Notes under the pieces: generated by a model
Database searches by the model: none
What the model was told of the DNA's origin: nothing
What the model saw: only the letters and a program-made list of their open reading frames with translations
Source of the DNA: a virus
Direction: 5' to 3' (one strand)
IMG/VR virus record: IMGVR_UViG_3300043411_001118
Span: 1 to 64,000 of that record
Length of the DNA stretch: 64,000 nt
Part shown: piece after piece, positions 50,060 through 59,544 of the stretch
Layout of the letters: each line of letters begins with the position of its first letter
Position numbering within the stretch: position 1 is the first letter of the stretch
Program-made: the position numbers and the translations under genes

Positions 50060-50060
50060 C

Positions 50061-51086
50061 CTAGCACCGCTTCCACATTTTAAACTTAGCTAACGCCAAT
50101 GCCCCAGAGAATGTGTTGTCATCAATTATTTTGTGAACCTCTTGAGAGGATTTCCCAGATAAAACCATGTCATTGATATCCTTATCAACAATCGTCCTTG
50201 GCCATACCACCACATATCCCCCAGACTTAATGACCTGTTCCTGATTTTTACAGACCTCAAAATTCCTTGGCTGATTGTCAAACACATACACCGGATCTTC
50301 TATTTTGATTCCTGTCTCATCCTCAAAAGTTTTGAGCTTCTGTTTTAGAGAAGCATTCATTGCAGCTAGAGCATTTGGGAGAAATAAAGAATCAATTGGA
50401 CCCTCAACCACGTATGTTTTTTTGTTTGGTGTCCAAGTATCAATCCCATACAACATAGCATCGTCATCGAGTTTTGTTGTGATATAACGTAGTACATTTG
50501 GATCTGTTGAAAGTGTGCGCCCCTGGATCGCAACAACCCCACCAGACTTATTAAAAACGGGAATAACTATTCTCGACTCTACATTTCGTTCTTTGTATCT
50601 TGTGGGAAATGTCGTATTAACCAATCCCCAGAAATCGTCCGTGTAATATAATCTGTCATATTTTTCAATTGGAATTTTTCTTCCATCCAAATACTTTCGC
50701 GCCGGATGCTCAACATCTAATTTTGAAATCAATGTTGAACCAACAAATTTTTTCTCAACATCTTTCTTAACTGGTCGAATTAATTTTTTCTGAGTCGGCC
50801 TCTGTGGATTGACCTTATTTTTATGAAGTTCGAGGATGTACTCTCGATGTAACGATGGATCGATATCCTTCAAGAAATTATAAAACGATTTTGCAATCCC
50901 ACAATTATGACAATAGAAATATATCTCCTGATTTTTTCCAAGGAAATATCCGCGAGTTTTTCTCTTACTCTTTTTTGAATCTCCACAAAATGGACAAGAA
51001 CAAACCCAGAGTCCAACATTTTTCTGTTTAAAATTTCTTAATTGATTCGAAACGAATCTTAGATATTGAACCTCAAGATAATACAT
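50061..51086 (-). CDS. gp61: DNA primase
   Basis: CPFCGDS..K.RG, CHNCG, EGPIDSLF, DNQPRN, KDINDM. Confidence 0.96.
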   Translation of the reverse strand: MYYLEVQYLRFVSNQLRNFKQKNVGLWVCSCPFCGDSKKSKRKTRGYFLGKNQEIYFYCHNCGIAKSFYNFLKDIDPSLHREYILELHKNKVNPQRPTQKKLIRPVKKDVEKKFVGSTLISKLDVEHPARKYLDGRKIPIEKYDRLYYTDDFWGLVNTTFPTRYKERNVESRIVIPVFNKSGGVVAIQGRTLSTDPNVLRYITTKLDDDAMLYGIDTWTPNKKTYVVEGPIDSLFLPNALAAMNASLKQKLKTFEDETGIKIEDPVYVFDNQPRNFEVCKNQEQVIKSGGYVVVWPRTIVDKDINDMVLSGKSSQEVHKIIDDNTFSGALALAKFKMWKRC

Positions 51087-51091
51087 TGGGG

Positions 51092-51370
51092 CTAGACCCC
51101 GCTATACAAGCCAAGAATTTTTTTCGAGATGGCCTCTAAATTTTTTCTTGAATCCCTATAAGCTGAAATTTCTTTCTTGATTTGATCTTTACTGAATTCA
51201 AATTTGATCCAGGTTCTTTGGCGAATTGTTGTATCGATTTGAAAAAATATTTCATCAACAGTGAATTTTTTCTCATAAACTCCATCATATAAAATTCCAC
51301 CAATCAACTGAATTAAATTATCATCATTCGGATCGATCATTTTAATTCCTCCGAACATATCATCCAACAT
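51092..51370 (-). CDS. hypothetical protein
   Basis: GGAG RBS. Confidence 0.6.
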   Translation of the reverse strand: MLDDMFGGIKMIDPNDDNLIQLIGGILYDGVYEKKFTVDEIFFQIDTTIRQRTWIKFEFSKDQIKKEISAYRDSRKNLEAISKKILGLYSGV

Positions 51371-51382
51371 CGTATTTCTCCG

Positions 51383-51688
51383 CTAAGGTCTATAACCTAT
51401 ATTATAATACGACTTACATGCCCTAACAATAGCTGATTGTTCCTCAGAAAATCTTTTAATATCGTCCATGTTTAAAGAGAAGTTTTTATAGGACTCTGGA
51501 CTCATTGATATCCAGACCGCATCTTTTGAATCGACGAAAACCTTATATTCGACAGACCTAGCTGTGATTGGTTTTGGATCTTCGAATACAAATGGGAGTC
51601 TCGCAACCCTAGAAACAACAATTTCAATCGGCTTAGAACACCCGACTAAGATCAGCAAAATCAGAAAAATACTTCTTGGTAGCGTCAT
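51383..51688 (-). CDS. outer-membrane spanin (lipoprotein)
   Basis: ILVGC lipobox, overlaps i-spanin, Y.N.S.N..DI.R...Q.....YY. Confidence 0.75.
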   Translation of the reverse strand: MTLPRSIFLILLILVGCSKPIEIVVSRVARLPFVFEDPKPITARSVEYKVFVDSKDAVWISMSPESYKNFSLNMDDIKRFSEEQSAIVRACKSYYNIGYRP

Positions 51689-52010
51689 TAATCCTCTTTT
51701 CGACTAGCCCTGGTTTCGCCTTTAAAAGTCTAGAAAACCCATCATTCTTTCTATTCAAACTTCGTTTTAACCTTTCGTGACGAACCTCCGAACTTCTAAC
51801 AATACTTAGCCTATCCGATAGGAACTTCTGCAACATCTCATGATCTAATTTTTGATTGGTTATAGCCTCAGATGTGAGCCTCATTAACTCAGTTTTGATG
51901 GTACTAGCTTCGGACAAGGCTAGGATTGCCGCCCGTTGTGTGGCCATATACGACCCCAGGAAGGTCATAACAAGTAGTAAGACAGGATAGATTATAAAAC
52001 TATACTTCAT
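51633..52010 (-). CDS. inner-membrane spanin
   Basis: N-terminal TM, coiled coil, AKPGLVEKRINDAT. Confidence 0.75.
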   Translation of the reverse strand: MKYSFIIYPVLLLVMTFLGSYMATQRAAILALSEASTIKTELMRLTSEAITNQKLDHEMLQKFLSDRLSIVRSSEVRHERLKRSLNRKNDGFSRLLKAKPGLVEKRINDATKKYFSDFADLSRVF

Positions 52011-52242
52011 CTTTGGATGGATCTATAAGTCCTTGAATATACTCAAGAAGTACAGAAGAATTGCTCATCTCTCCCCAGGACGATTTCTCGCCTCCGATCT
52101 TCACACACTCCCTATTACAAAAATCTTGAGCGTTTTTTAAAATGAAGTTGGCGCAGGATGTGTATGCCTCGATCAAATTTGGATCGAGCTTCTGAACAGA
52201 TTCATACGAAAATTTCCTAGCTTCTAGACCAACTGCACTCAT
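52000..52242 (-). CDS. hypothetical protein
   Basis: coupled ORF. Confidence 0.6.
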   Translation of the reverse strand: MSAVGLEARKFSYESVQKLDPNLIEAYTSCANFILKNAQDFCNRECVKIGGEKSSWGEMSNSSVLLEYIQGLIDPSKDEV

Positions 52243-52937
52243 GGATTCACCAATTGATATCTAACATTTTTTACTTTTCTTGGAATGAGATATTGTGGAC
52301 CAGTCTTTTTAAACCATCTTCGAAAAATATCTTTCTTAAGATTGCTCAACCGATCAATGAATAACGTTCCAATCAAATGATCCATTTCGTGCTGAACACA
52401 ACACGCCGCCTTTCCGGTGAAGGTTTCTGTTTTTTCTTCACCTGTTCTAGTCTGATATTTTAACGTCACACTATCAAATCTGTTTACCTTTTCAGACCAC
52501 CCATGAAATGACAAACATCCCTCAATGGAAATGATCTCTCCGCTTGTATCAACAAATGATGGATTGATAAATTCTCTTGCGTCTGTGAAATTATCTGAAA
52601 CATCCATCACAAACATGCTCATGTTAAGTCCGACCTGAACCGCCGCAACGCCATAGCCGCCGTATGCATACATTGTGTTTTTCATTCGGTCTAGGCGAAT
52701 TGCAACATCTTCATCAAAGATTGTTACTTTATTTGCAATCGTCCTGAGTGGACCCACTCCCAATTGAGAATTTAACTCCTTACTTGTCAGAGTCAAAATC
52801 TTATATAACTCAACAACGTCTCTTTCATCTGTTGTTAATTTTGGAGTCTCTATTGGAGTCTCTATTGGAGTCTCTATTGGAGTCTCTATTGGAGTCTCTA
52901 TTGGAGTCTCTATTGGAGTCACGGCATTTTCTTGCAT
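52239..52937 (-). CDS. def: peptide deformylase with N-terminal (TPIE)n extension
   Basis: GYGVAAVQVG, EGCLS, QHEMDH. Confidence 0.95.
   Translation of the reverse strand: MQENAVTPIETPIETPIETPIETPIETPIETPKLTTDERDVVELYKILTLTSKELNSQLGVGPLRTIANKVTIFDEDVAIRLDRMKNTMYAYGGYGVAAVQVGLNMSMFVMDVSDNFTDAREFINPSFVDTSGEIISIEGCLSFHGWSEKVNRFDSVTLKYQTRTGEEKTETFTGKAACCVQHEMDHLIGTLFIDRLSNLKKDIFRRWFKKTGPQYLIPRKVKNVRYQLVNP
52841..52920. repeat. 12-bp tandem repeat (TTGGAGTCTCTA) x6.7 inside def
   Basis: perfect units, in frame. Confidence 0.97.
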
Positions 52938-53386
52938 TTAATTTTCCTGTAAATCTAAATCTCTAATTTCCTGAATACCATATCGTTTTGTTCCAAGATA
53001 GTACCCACTCGAATCTCTTTCTAATTTCGATACTTGTTTGGTATCAAAATAAATTACTGCTAAATCATTTTGGATATTCGTTTTGTATGTTACTCCGATA
53101 GTTCTTAAATATTTTTCGATATCTTCCAAATCGTCGATTTGTTCTTTTACAAGAATTCGTCCGAGTCCCACTATCATTTGATAACCGTTTTAATCATCCG
53201 AATAAAGGCATCCAGTTCTTCTGGATCGAATGCCCACCTTTCAGTTTTCAAAACTATATAGTCACCTTGACCCGCATTATATTTTTCGATTTCAATAAAT
53301 TGATCATCTTCGTTTGGACCGCAAGAATCGGATGGTTGAGAATATGTGGATTTTACCAGAATTGGATCGGGATTAATGTTTGCCAT
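52938..53386 (-). other. two hypothetical ORFs (52938..53177, 53174..53386)
   Basis: coupled ORFs; YSQ..DS...Y.V.KTERWAFD motif. Confidence 0.65.
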
Positions 53387-53439
53387 TCAAATAAAATAGC
53401 AGATTTATAAAATCTGTAAAGAACTACTGTTAGGTGTCC

Positions 53440-54375
53440 CTACCACTTAGTTCCAAAAGACAACACCCCATATGTGTGTGTGTTTGCCTTTTGTTCAACA
53501 TAATCCTTAGTTCTAATATTGTAGTCGAATCGAATGATGTAGTTGTGATACTCAACATGAATACCCATATTCATTGAATTAACAACGGGTTCTGAATCAA
53601 CAGTATGAATATTATCCTGAAACAAACTCCCATCATAATGGAGATTTCTAACAACCGCACGAGCCGACAAATCAAGAGAAGTATAACAAATAAAATCATC
53701 CAATTTCTGAGCATTGTCCATACCCGGAACATTGTATCCGAGTCTCCATCCATGAACGAATTCGAAATCTGTATGGACCGTTCCTGCCCTATAATTTGTT
53801 GCTCCGACAGAAACAAAATCCCAATCACGAAAATTAGAACGATGGTTTTCCCACATCCTAGAATAGTTAATGTTCAATGTTGGTTCATCTGCAATCTGAT
53901 TGTCCCATCCATTTGGTGGTGCGCCCTTTCCCAGATCGTTATGAATAAATTTTTGAAGTCCCTCCGCGCCCGAATACTTTCCGACAACACCCAATGCAAT
54001 TTCTGTACTGATTCTTCGTTCACTATTTGCATTGATTCTCTTGGCTCTAAATTCTAAGAGTCCAGAATATGGAACATCATCTTCAATGACATTCGGATTT
54101 CGAATGTCATCTGGTGTGTACATGTTCTGTTCCACCGTGAATAATATTCTGGAAAGTTTCTTTGGATCTTGATCATCTACAACCAAAGAAGGAATCGTTT
54201 CTGCAAAATTTTTAATCGTCTCCGAAGCCTTTTCAGCTTCAATGTTAGTCTGAAACCTAATCTGGGACGTAAAATTTTCATCTGTATTTCCGATGATGTC
54301 GTTTGAGAGATTGAACGAATGTCTTCCGGTGCAACTTGATAGGATTAGTATACAGAGAATTAAGATTTTTTTCAC
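53440..54375 (-). CDS. lpxR: LpxR-family lipid A 3'-O-deacylase (outer-membrane beta-barrel)
   Basis: SND..G..D..FT, Q.MYTP.DI, D.PYSG.L, GVVG..SGAE..Q..IH, GWDNQI, C-terminal W. Confidence 0.85.
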   Translation of the reverse strand: MKKILILCILILSSCTGRHSFNLSNDIIGNTDENFTSQIRFQTNIEAEKASETIKNFAETIPSLVVDDQDPKKLSRILFTVEQNMYTPDDIRNPNVIEDDVPYSGLLEFRAKRINANSERRISTEIALGVVGKYSGAEGLQKFIHNDLGKGAPPNGWDNQIADEPTLNINYSRMWENHRSNFRDWDFVSVGATNYRAGTVHTDFEFVHGWRLGYNVPGMDNAQKLDDFICYTSLDLSARAVVRNLHYDGSLFQDNIHTVDSEPVVNSMNMGIHVEYHNYIIRFDYNIRTKDYVEQKANTHTYGVLSFGTKW

Positions 54376-54386
54376 GAACCGATTCC

Positions 54387-54836
54387 TTAGTTATAAGCAA
54401 ACTCCATTCCGTATTCGTGTAATAGTGGTTCCAATACCGATTTCAGATGTGGATTGAAACAGTATATAGGTATGTTAAACTTCAGCGCCCAACGGATTTC
54501 TGTGGCCATTTGAAATGTAATTTCATCTCCGGCCAACCACAACTCATCAAAAAATCCTTTCTCAAAATATACATAATTCATTTCAACAGCTTTTTGAAGT
54601 TCTCCTGCATGTGCTTCATCAACTAAACGGTATGACATGTAGTATGGGGTTATTGGATTAACGAACGGATAATTTTTTATAATGTGGTGAACGAGATTTT
54701 CGATTTTGATCAAGTTGCCGTCTAGGTTATCTCCGATAGTTGGATGAGAAATGTAGGCAACGAACCGGGACGATTTGACTTGATCGTAGAGATAACTTTT
54801 ATTCTTAGCTTTACTCATGTTGTTAACCGTATGCAA
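54387..54836 (-). CDS. nucleoside deoxyribosyltransferase-like (DUF4406-type) protein
   Basis: YISHP..G....N, DELWL.GD....M..EI..A....IP. Confidence 0.65.
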   Translation of the reverse strand: MHTVNNMSKAKNKSYLYDQVKSSRFVAYISHPTIGDNLDGNLIKIENLVHHIIKNYPFVNPITPYYMSYRLVDEAHAGELQKAVEMNYVYFEKGFFDELWLAGDEITFQMATEIRWALKFNIPIYCFNPHLKSVLEPLLHEYGMEFAYN

Positions 54837-54904
54837 CCTTACTTATTCAGACAACACTAGTTTATCAGAGATCTACTATTTGTCTAGTTTGGCTACTTCC
54901 AAAT

Positions 54905-55474
54905 CTATTTATTTGGTTTTGGGCGGCGTGTGAGTTTTAAGAAATCGTCAAATGTCTTCTTTTTGTATTTTTCTTGTGCAGATTTTGAAACGGCTGGATC
55001 ATCTCCATCATGACCCGTTCCGGCAATGGCTCCGGTCCCGACTGCATTAGCCGCTGCATCCTCAGTGAATGACTTGATCCATTCCTCAAATTCTTTTCTT
55101 CTTTCCTGAACCATTTCAAACCAATCCGTAACAGACTCAACTAATAGATCTGGATCTCGATCATAGTCTTTATTATTCTGTTCTTTTAATAGGAACAATG
55201 CAGCCGCGAAGGACGCGATTCTGGTTTTTCCGAATGGAAGTTTTTCTAAGATTCTTTTTAAATTGAATACCAATCTATCAAATAGTGTGTATGCATTTTT
55301 TTCTTCTGGAGTTTTTAAATCTTTCCCTTTCTTTAAAACCTTCCCATCCTTATCGATAATTCCCAATTCGAATGCTTTAGTTTTTTCAAATGGTGTGGTC
55401 AGACGCTTCAGTGTTGAATACAACATCAACAAATCAATCGCAACATTTTCTGTTAGAAAACATTTTGTTTTCAT
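54905..55474 (-). CDS. conserved T4-like late protein
   Basis: LKRLTTPFEKTKAFELGIIDKDG, RLVFNLKR, AAALFLLKE. Confidence 0.75.
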   Translation of the reverse strand: MKTKCFLTENVAIDLLMLYSTLKRLTTPFEKTKAFELGIIDKDGKVLKKGKDLKTPEEKNAYTLFDRLVFNLKRILEKLPFGKTRIASFAAALFLLKEQNNKDYDRDPDLLVESVTDWFEMVQERRKEFEEWIKSFTEDAAANAVGTGAIAGTGHDGDDPAVSKSAQEKYKKKTFDDFLKLTRRPKPNK

Positions 55475-55884
55475 GTCTTTCCTAAAGTCTCTGCTACTTT
55501 TAAATCAACCGATATATCCTTTGATACAATATTTTCACCATTAATTAGTGGAATTGTATCTGGCATCAGAGAAAGATAAATCAAAAACGTCTTGAGTGTT
55601 GAATAGTGTTTCTTATCTATTCGAAAAAACAAAATCCTCGTTGCAGCCTCGACCCCAAAAATATTGTATAGCACAATAATATGATTTAAAATCAATCTAC
55701 AGTGTTTCTCTGTAATGATCTTTCTCTGACGGTATTTAGAAAATAACCGTTTGATATACTTGATCGTCTTTAGATCTTCTTGAAAATCTTCAATGGATAA
55801 GCACTGAGGATTTTGATAATGCCTCATGCAATATTGAGTAAAATTTTCTTCTAAGAGTGGTTCGCAAAATAGCATATTACCCAA
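55471..55884 (-). CDS. conserved T4-like hypothetical protein
   Basis: HY.NPQC...E.F.EDL..IKYIKRL, RLILNHII.LYN.FG. Confidence 0.75.
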   Translation of the reverse strand: MGNMLFCEPLLEENFTQYCMRHYQNPQCLSIEDFQEDLKTIKYIKRLFSKYRQRKIITEKHCRLILNHIIVLYNIFGVEAATRILFFRIDKKHYSTLKTFLIYLSLMPDTIPLINGENIVSKDISVDLKVAETLGKT

Positions 55885-55911
55885 GTATATAGGGCCATTA
55901 TGCTATTTCAT

Positions 55912-57150
55912 TTATGCGATTACTCTTGTTCCTGCTGCTGCTCCAACCGGGGCTGAAATGGTTTTTGTTGCTGCTGTTGCCGCTGTACCACCAGCAAATG
56001 TAGCTGCACCAAACGATCCATTCGTTAATGTCTCTGTTGATGCAAGAGAGTTTCCACCAGTTCCAGCCGTCTTCGCCGAGAAAACTGCATCCAGTGAATT
56101 TTGATCAGCATCAAGTGCTGACACCGCCGCATGAATCGTCATTGACGTTGCGTAATTTGTTCCAGCTACTCCAGTCAAGTTAACAGCCGCAATCAAATTC
56201 GCTAACGACTCAGCCGCACTCGATCCAATTTTTACGTTTCCATCAACATCAGTAAGTGTTGTTTGGAATGTATATGTTCTTGAACCAAGAACAACTGTCT
56301 CTGTATTGAGTGGTTGTCCAGTCAGTGTAAGAGTAGCAACCGCCGCAACTGCTCTGTTGCTTTCGACAATTGTTCCACCGAGAGTTTGTGCGCCAATAGA
56401 GAGTGTTCCACTATTAGTAACACCACCAGTGAATGTCGCTCCGGGAAACGATCCATTCGTTAATGTCTCTGTTGATGCAAGAGAGTTTCCACCAGTTCCA
56501 GCCGTGAGTGCTGTGAAAACTGCTGTGTCTCCAACGCCCATAGCCGCGCTTACTGTAGCATGTGCAGTAGTAGCCGCCGCATATCCTGTTCCAGAACCAG
56601 CGCCAAGCATAACAGCCGCAACTAAATTTACTAAAGATGCGTTTGCACTAGCTCCAATAAAAACGTTTCCGTCCACATTTGTTAATACAGTTTGGAACGT
56701 GTAAGTTCTTGCACCGATTGTGACGGTTTCTGTGTCTAGTGGTTGACCGACTAGTGTGAGTGTTCTCGATGCTGCAACCGACGATGGTACTAGTTGGTTT
56801 GTTGAATTGTCGCTTTGCTTATTATAAACAACTTCCGACACACCAGACTGAGCCGCCGCATAAAGTGTGATGTCTCCACCACCTTGAGTCGATGAAACAA
56901 CAATGGTCGAACCAGCCGTAACATCAACTGGTTGACTAAATCGAGTTTTAACCGATAATGCCGCGCCCTGAGTTAAAGATGCTGCAACGAAATATACCTC
57001 AGCCGCCGCACTTGCTCCAGCTTTGCTCGATCCTCTTGGAATGGCAACGTAAACTTCACCAGTCGTAACACCCTCCCATCCACGATGAGTTAATACGCAA
57101 TCTTCGCTTGTCACCCATGAAGGTGCAGATGTTAAGGACCAACGTGCCAT
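55912..57150 (-). CDS. A/G/T-rich virion protein with a duplicated internal domain
   Basis: two copies of TLTL.GQP..TETV..G.RTYTFQT; TAAATA 57189-57194, AGGAG RBS. Confidence 0.65.
   Translation of the reverse strand: MARWSLTSAPSWVTSEDCVLTHRGWEGVTTGEVYVAIPRGSSKAGASAAAEVYFVAASLTQGAALSVKTRFSQPVDVTAGSTIVVSSTQGGGDITLYAAAQSGVSEVVYNKQSDNSTNQLVPSSVAASRTLTLVGQPLDTETVTIGARTYTFQTVLTNVDGNVFIGASANASLVNLVAAVMLGAGSGTGYAAATTAHATVSAAMGVGDTAVFTALTAGTGGNSLASTETLTNGSFPGATFTGGVTNSGTLSIGAQTLGGTIVESNRAVAAVATLTLTGQPLNTETVVLGSRTYTFQTTLTDVDGNVKIGSSAAESLANLIAAVNLTGVAGTNYATSMTIHAAVSALDADQNSLDAVFSAKTAGTGGNSLASTETLTNGSFGAATFAGGTAATAATKTISAPVGAAAGTRVIA
56011..56505. repeat. perfect 60-bp direct repeat (56011-56070 and 56446-56505)
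   Basis: identical sequence AAACGATCCA...TTCCAGCCGT. Confidence 0.95.
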
Positions 57151-57207
57151 TCGATTTCTCCTAGAATTGAAATATCTTTCTAAGTGGTTATTTAGCAGAT
57201 TGAGGAA

Positions 57208-57966
57208 TTATTGAATGGAGCTAATTAGCTTTCTGGCACTAACAATTTCAAAAAAGGTTCTACCTATGATAGAATTCAACTTATCCAGTCTGAACAGGGT
57301 ATCTCCCCAGATTGGTCTATAATGTAGACAGTTCTCCGATGGAACAGCTAACAATTGACCTGTCGTTCTCATCGTCCCTCGACCATCTCCCATCCGTAAG
57401 GGAGAATCGTCCTGGTCCAATTGCATCAATACGTCCATCAATTCGATTGGAGTCTTACTCATCGACATCGATATTTCTGGAATTTTTATATCATCTCGAT
57501 TAGAAATGACTGTTGACGATGACCTTGATAACTCTTTAACAGCCGATGAATATACACCATCTATATTACTGCCATCTAACACAAATGCTTTCTCGGAATT
57601 CATCACCAAAACATTTCCTGTGATCTCTTGTTCCTTTAAAATCTCAATTGACTCTTCTGGAGTTGATGCATATAAAGCTTTTCTGACTCTCAGACCCTCC
57701 GGTGAATTGTATTTTCTTTCTTCTCGATTCGCCCGTCTAATATCGGATATCTCATTTTCGATATCGATTCTTGGACAAACCAAAACAACTAAACCGTGTT
57801 CGTTTAATCCTTCGGAGAATCGACTGACCTCATCCCAAAGGAACAAACGTTCGATATCATTTCGAAAACTCTTTCTGATTCTGATCCTTGGCTTATAATT
57901 ACAGTCTCGATTCTTCGCCGCGACAAATCCAACACCATTAAAATATTTGCAAACTATAGTTGACAT
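57208..57966 (-). CDS. Ntn-hydrolase-fold peptidase/amidase
   Basis: AKNRD, EGLNEHGL, TTGQ motifs. Confidence 0.7.
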   Translation of the reverse strand: MSTIVCKYFNGVGFVAAKNRDCNYKPRIRIRKSFRNDIERLFLWDEVSRFSEGLNEHGLVVLVCPRIDIENEISDIRRANREERKYNSPEGLRVRKALYASTPEESIEILKEQEITGNVLVMNSEKAFVLDGSNIDGVYSSAVKELSRSSSTVISNRDDIKIPEISMSMSKTPIELMDVLMQLDQDDSPLRMGDGRGTMRTTGQLLAVPSENCLHYRPIWGDTLFRLDKLNSIIGRTFFEIVSARKLISSIQ

Positions 57967-58742
57967 TATCCAAACCTTTTCTGATAAGCATTAAAAAGCG
58001 AGAACTGTTTTTTCACCATAGATGCCCAAGATTTTGCTCGATTTTGGAGTGAGTGATCTCCCTCGATGAAAGTTGCGTAATATGCATTAATCAAATATGA
58101 AACGACATCTGCTGAGTATGTGTCATCGGGAAGATTGTATTTTTTAATCGCCGCCTGTGATACATCCCAATATGCATTTATCCGCTTATCAATGTCATCA
58201 GGAAGAATGAGTCGCGGAACATCATCCACCAAATAATCGATAAACCCATAAAATTTAGTAACTGGAACACCACTAAATTTCAGAACTATCCCCTGTACCC
58301 ACGGCTGAAATTCTATGTCTTGAAAAATATATTTAGCACCATCCAACCCACGTCCACCTGTCTCATAATTAAGAGTTTTCCAAGGCGTTAGTTTTTGTCT
58401 GGAGTGTATGAATTCGTGGATAAATGTTGATAGTAGGGTTTGTGCAGTTCTGGGCTTATTCCATATCGAATCGTGAACCGTAGGAACTCCCAAATAAATT
58501 TCATCTGGTGTCCTGAATTCTCCGTTAATTGATCCCGATATACGAAACACAACCTCCATTTGCGGCCCAAATTGTTTCGTTTCGTTTGAAAGTTGATCGG
58601 CCATTGATACCAGATCAACATTACCCTTCGCCCCCATGTCACGAATATTTTTTGAAATAATTTCTTTGGACGATTGATAGAGTTTGTAAAACTTATCAAT
58701 GAACGATTCATTCAGAAACGATTTAAAGGAACGCCCTGACAT
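57966..58742 (-). CDS. zincin-like metalloprotease with capsid-targeting-like N-terminus
   Basis: HEFIHSRQ and downstream E in QDIEFQPW; N-terminus RSFKSFLNE. Confidence 0.7.
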   Translation of the reverse strand: MSGRSFKSFLNESFIDKFYKLYQSSKEIISKNIRDMGAKGNVDLVSMADQLSNETKQFGPQMEVVFRISGSINGEFRTPDEIYLGVPTVHDSIWNKPRTAQTLLSTFIHEFIHSRQKLTPWKTLNYETGGRGLDGAKYIFQDIEFQPWVQGIVLKFSGVPVTKFYGFIDYLVDDVPRLILPDDIDKRINAYWDVSQAAIKKYNLPDDTYSADVVSYLINAYYATFIEGDHSLQNRAKSWASMVKKQFSLFNAYQKRFG

Positions 58743-59536
58743 TATCCAAACCTTCTTCGATATATCTGAAACAATTTAAATTCTTTTTTAATAACCTTGA
58801 TCCAAGACGTTGCTCGACTTTTTAACTCATCATTACCAATTTGGAATGTCGTATTATATACATCTATTAAATTCGAAACTGCGTTTGTTGTTGATGGATC
58901 TTTAGGAATATTAAATTTTTGTAAGATTTTTGAAGTAGCGACAACAATTTCAAATTGTCGTTGACTATCTGGACCCAAAAAAGAAAATTTCATTTCTGGA
59001 ACTTCGGTTATTAGTGAATCGACAAACGCATTAAAATTTCCTTCGGGAACATCTATAAATCTTAAAATGGTTCCCTGTATCCACGGTTGAAATTCCAAAT
59101 CTTGGAACATATATTTGGCTTGTTTTAGTGAAGATCTGCCACGTTGAATATAGGATGATTTAAAATATTCCGCTGAAATTTCTTGCCGAGAATGAATGAA
59201 CTCATGAATTATGGTCGAAATCAATTTGGTTATTATATGTTCTTTTCTCCAAACAGGATCAACAAACATCGGAACATATAAATTTATTTTTTTATCGTCT
59301 GAAAAGTATACTCCGGAGATTGAGATGTTATTTTTTCTATTTTGTATAAACTCAATTTCAATCTTATCTCCAAACCTAGAAAATTCCAAAGAAATTTTCC
59401 TCTCAATTTTAGGAATGGCATCAGAAATTTTGTTGTTTGCTACTAGCTCATCATTCAAAATTTTTGTGATATTCTGGTAAACAGTATAGAACTTGTCCAC
59501 GAACGATTCATTTAGGAATGTCTTGAATGTTCGCAC
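58742..59536 (-). CDS. zincin-like metalloprotease with capsid-targeting-like N-terminus, paralog of 57966..58742
   Basis: HEFIHSRQ, QDLEFQPW; N-terminus MRTFKTFLNE; TAAATA 59546-59551. Confidence 0.7.
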   Translation of the reverse strand: MRTFKTFLNESFVDKFYTVYQNITKILNDELVANNKISDAIPKIERKISLEFSRFGDKIEIEFIQNRKNNISISGVYFSDDKKINLYVPMFVDPVWRKEHIITKLISTIIHEFIHSRQEISAEYFKSSYIQRGRSSLKQAKYMFQDLEFQPWIQGTILRFIDVPEGNFNAFVDSLITEVPEMKFSFLGPDSQRQFEIVVATSKILQKFNIPKDPSTTNAVSNLIDVYNTTFQIGNDELKSRATSWIKVIKKEFKLFQIYRRRFG

Positions 59537-59544
59537 TGGACCAC

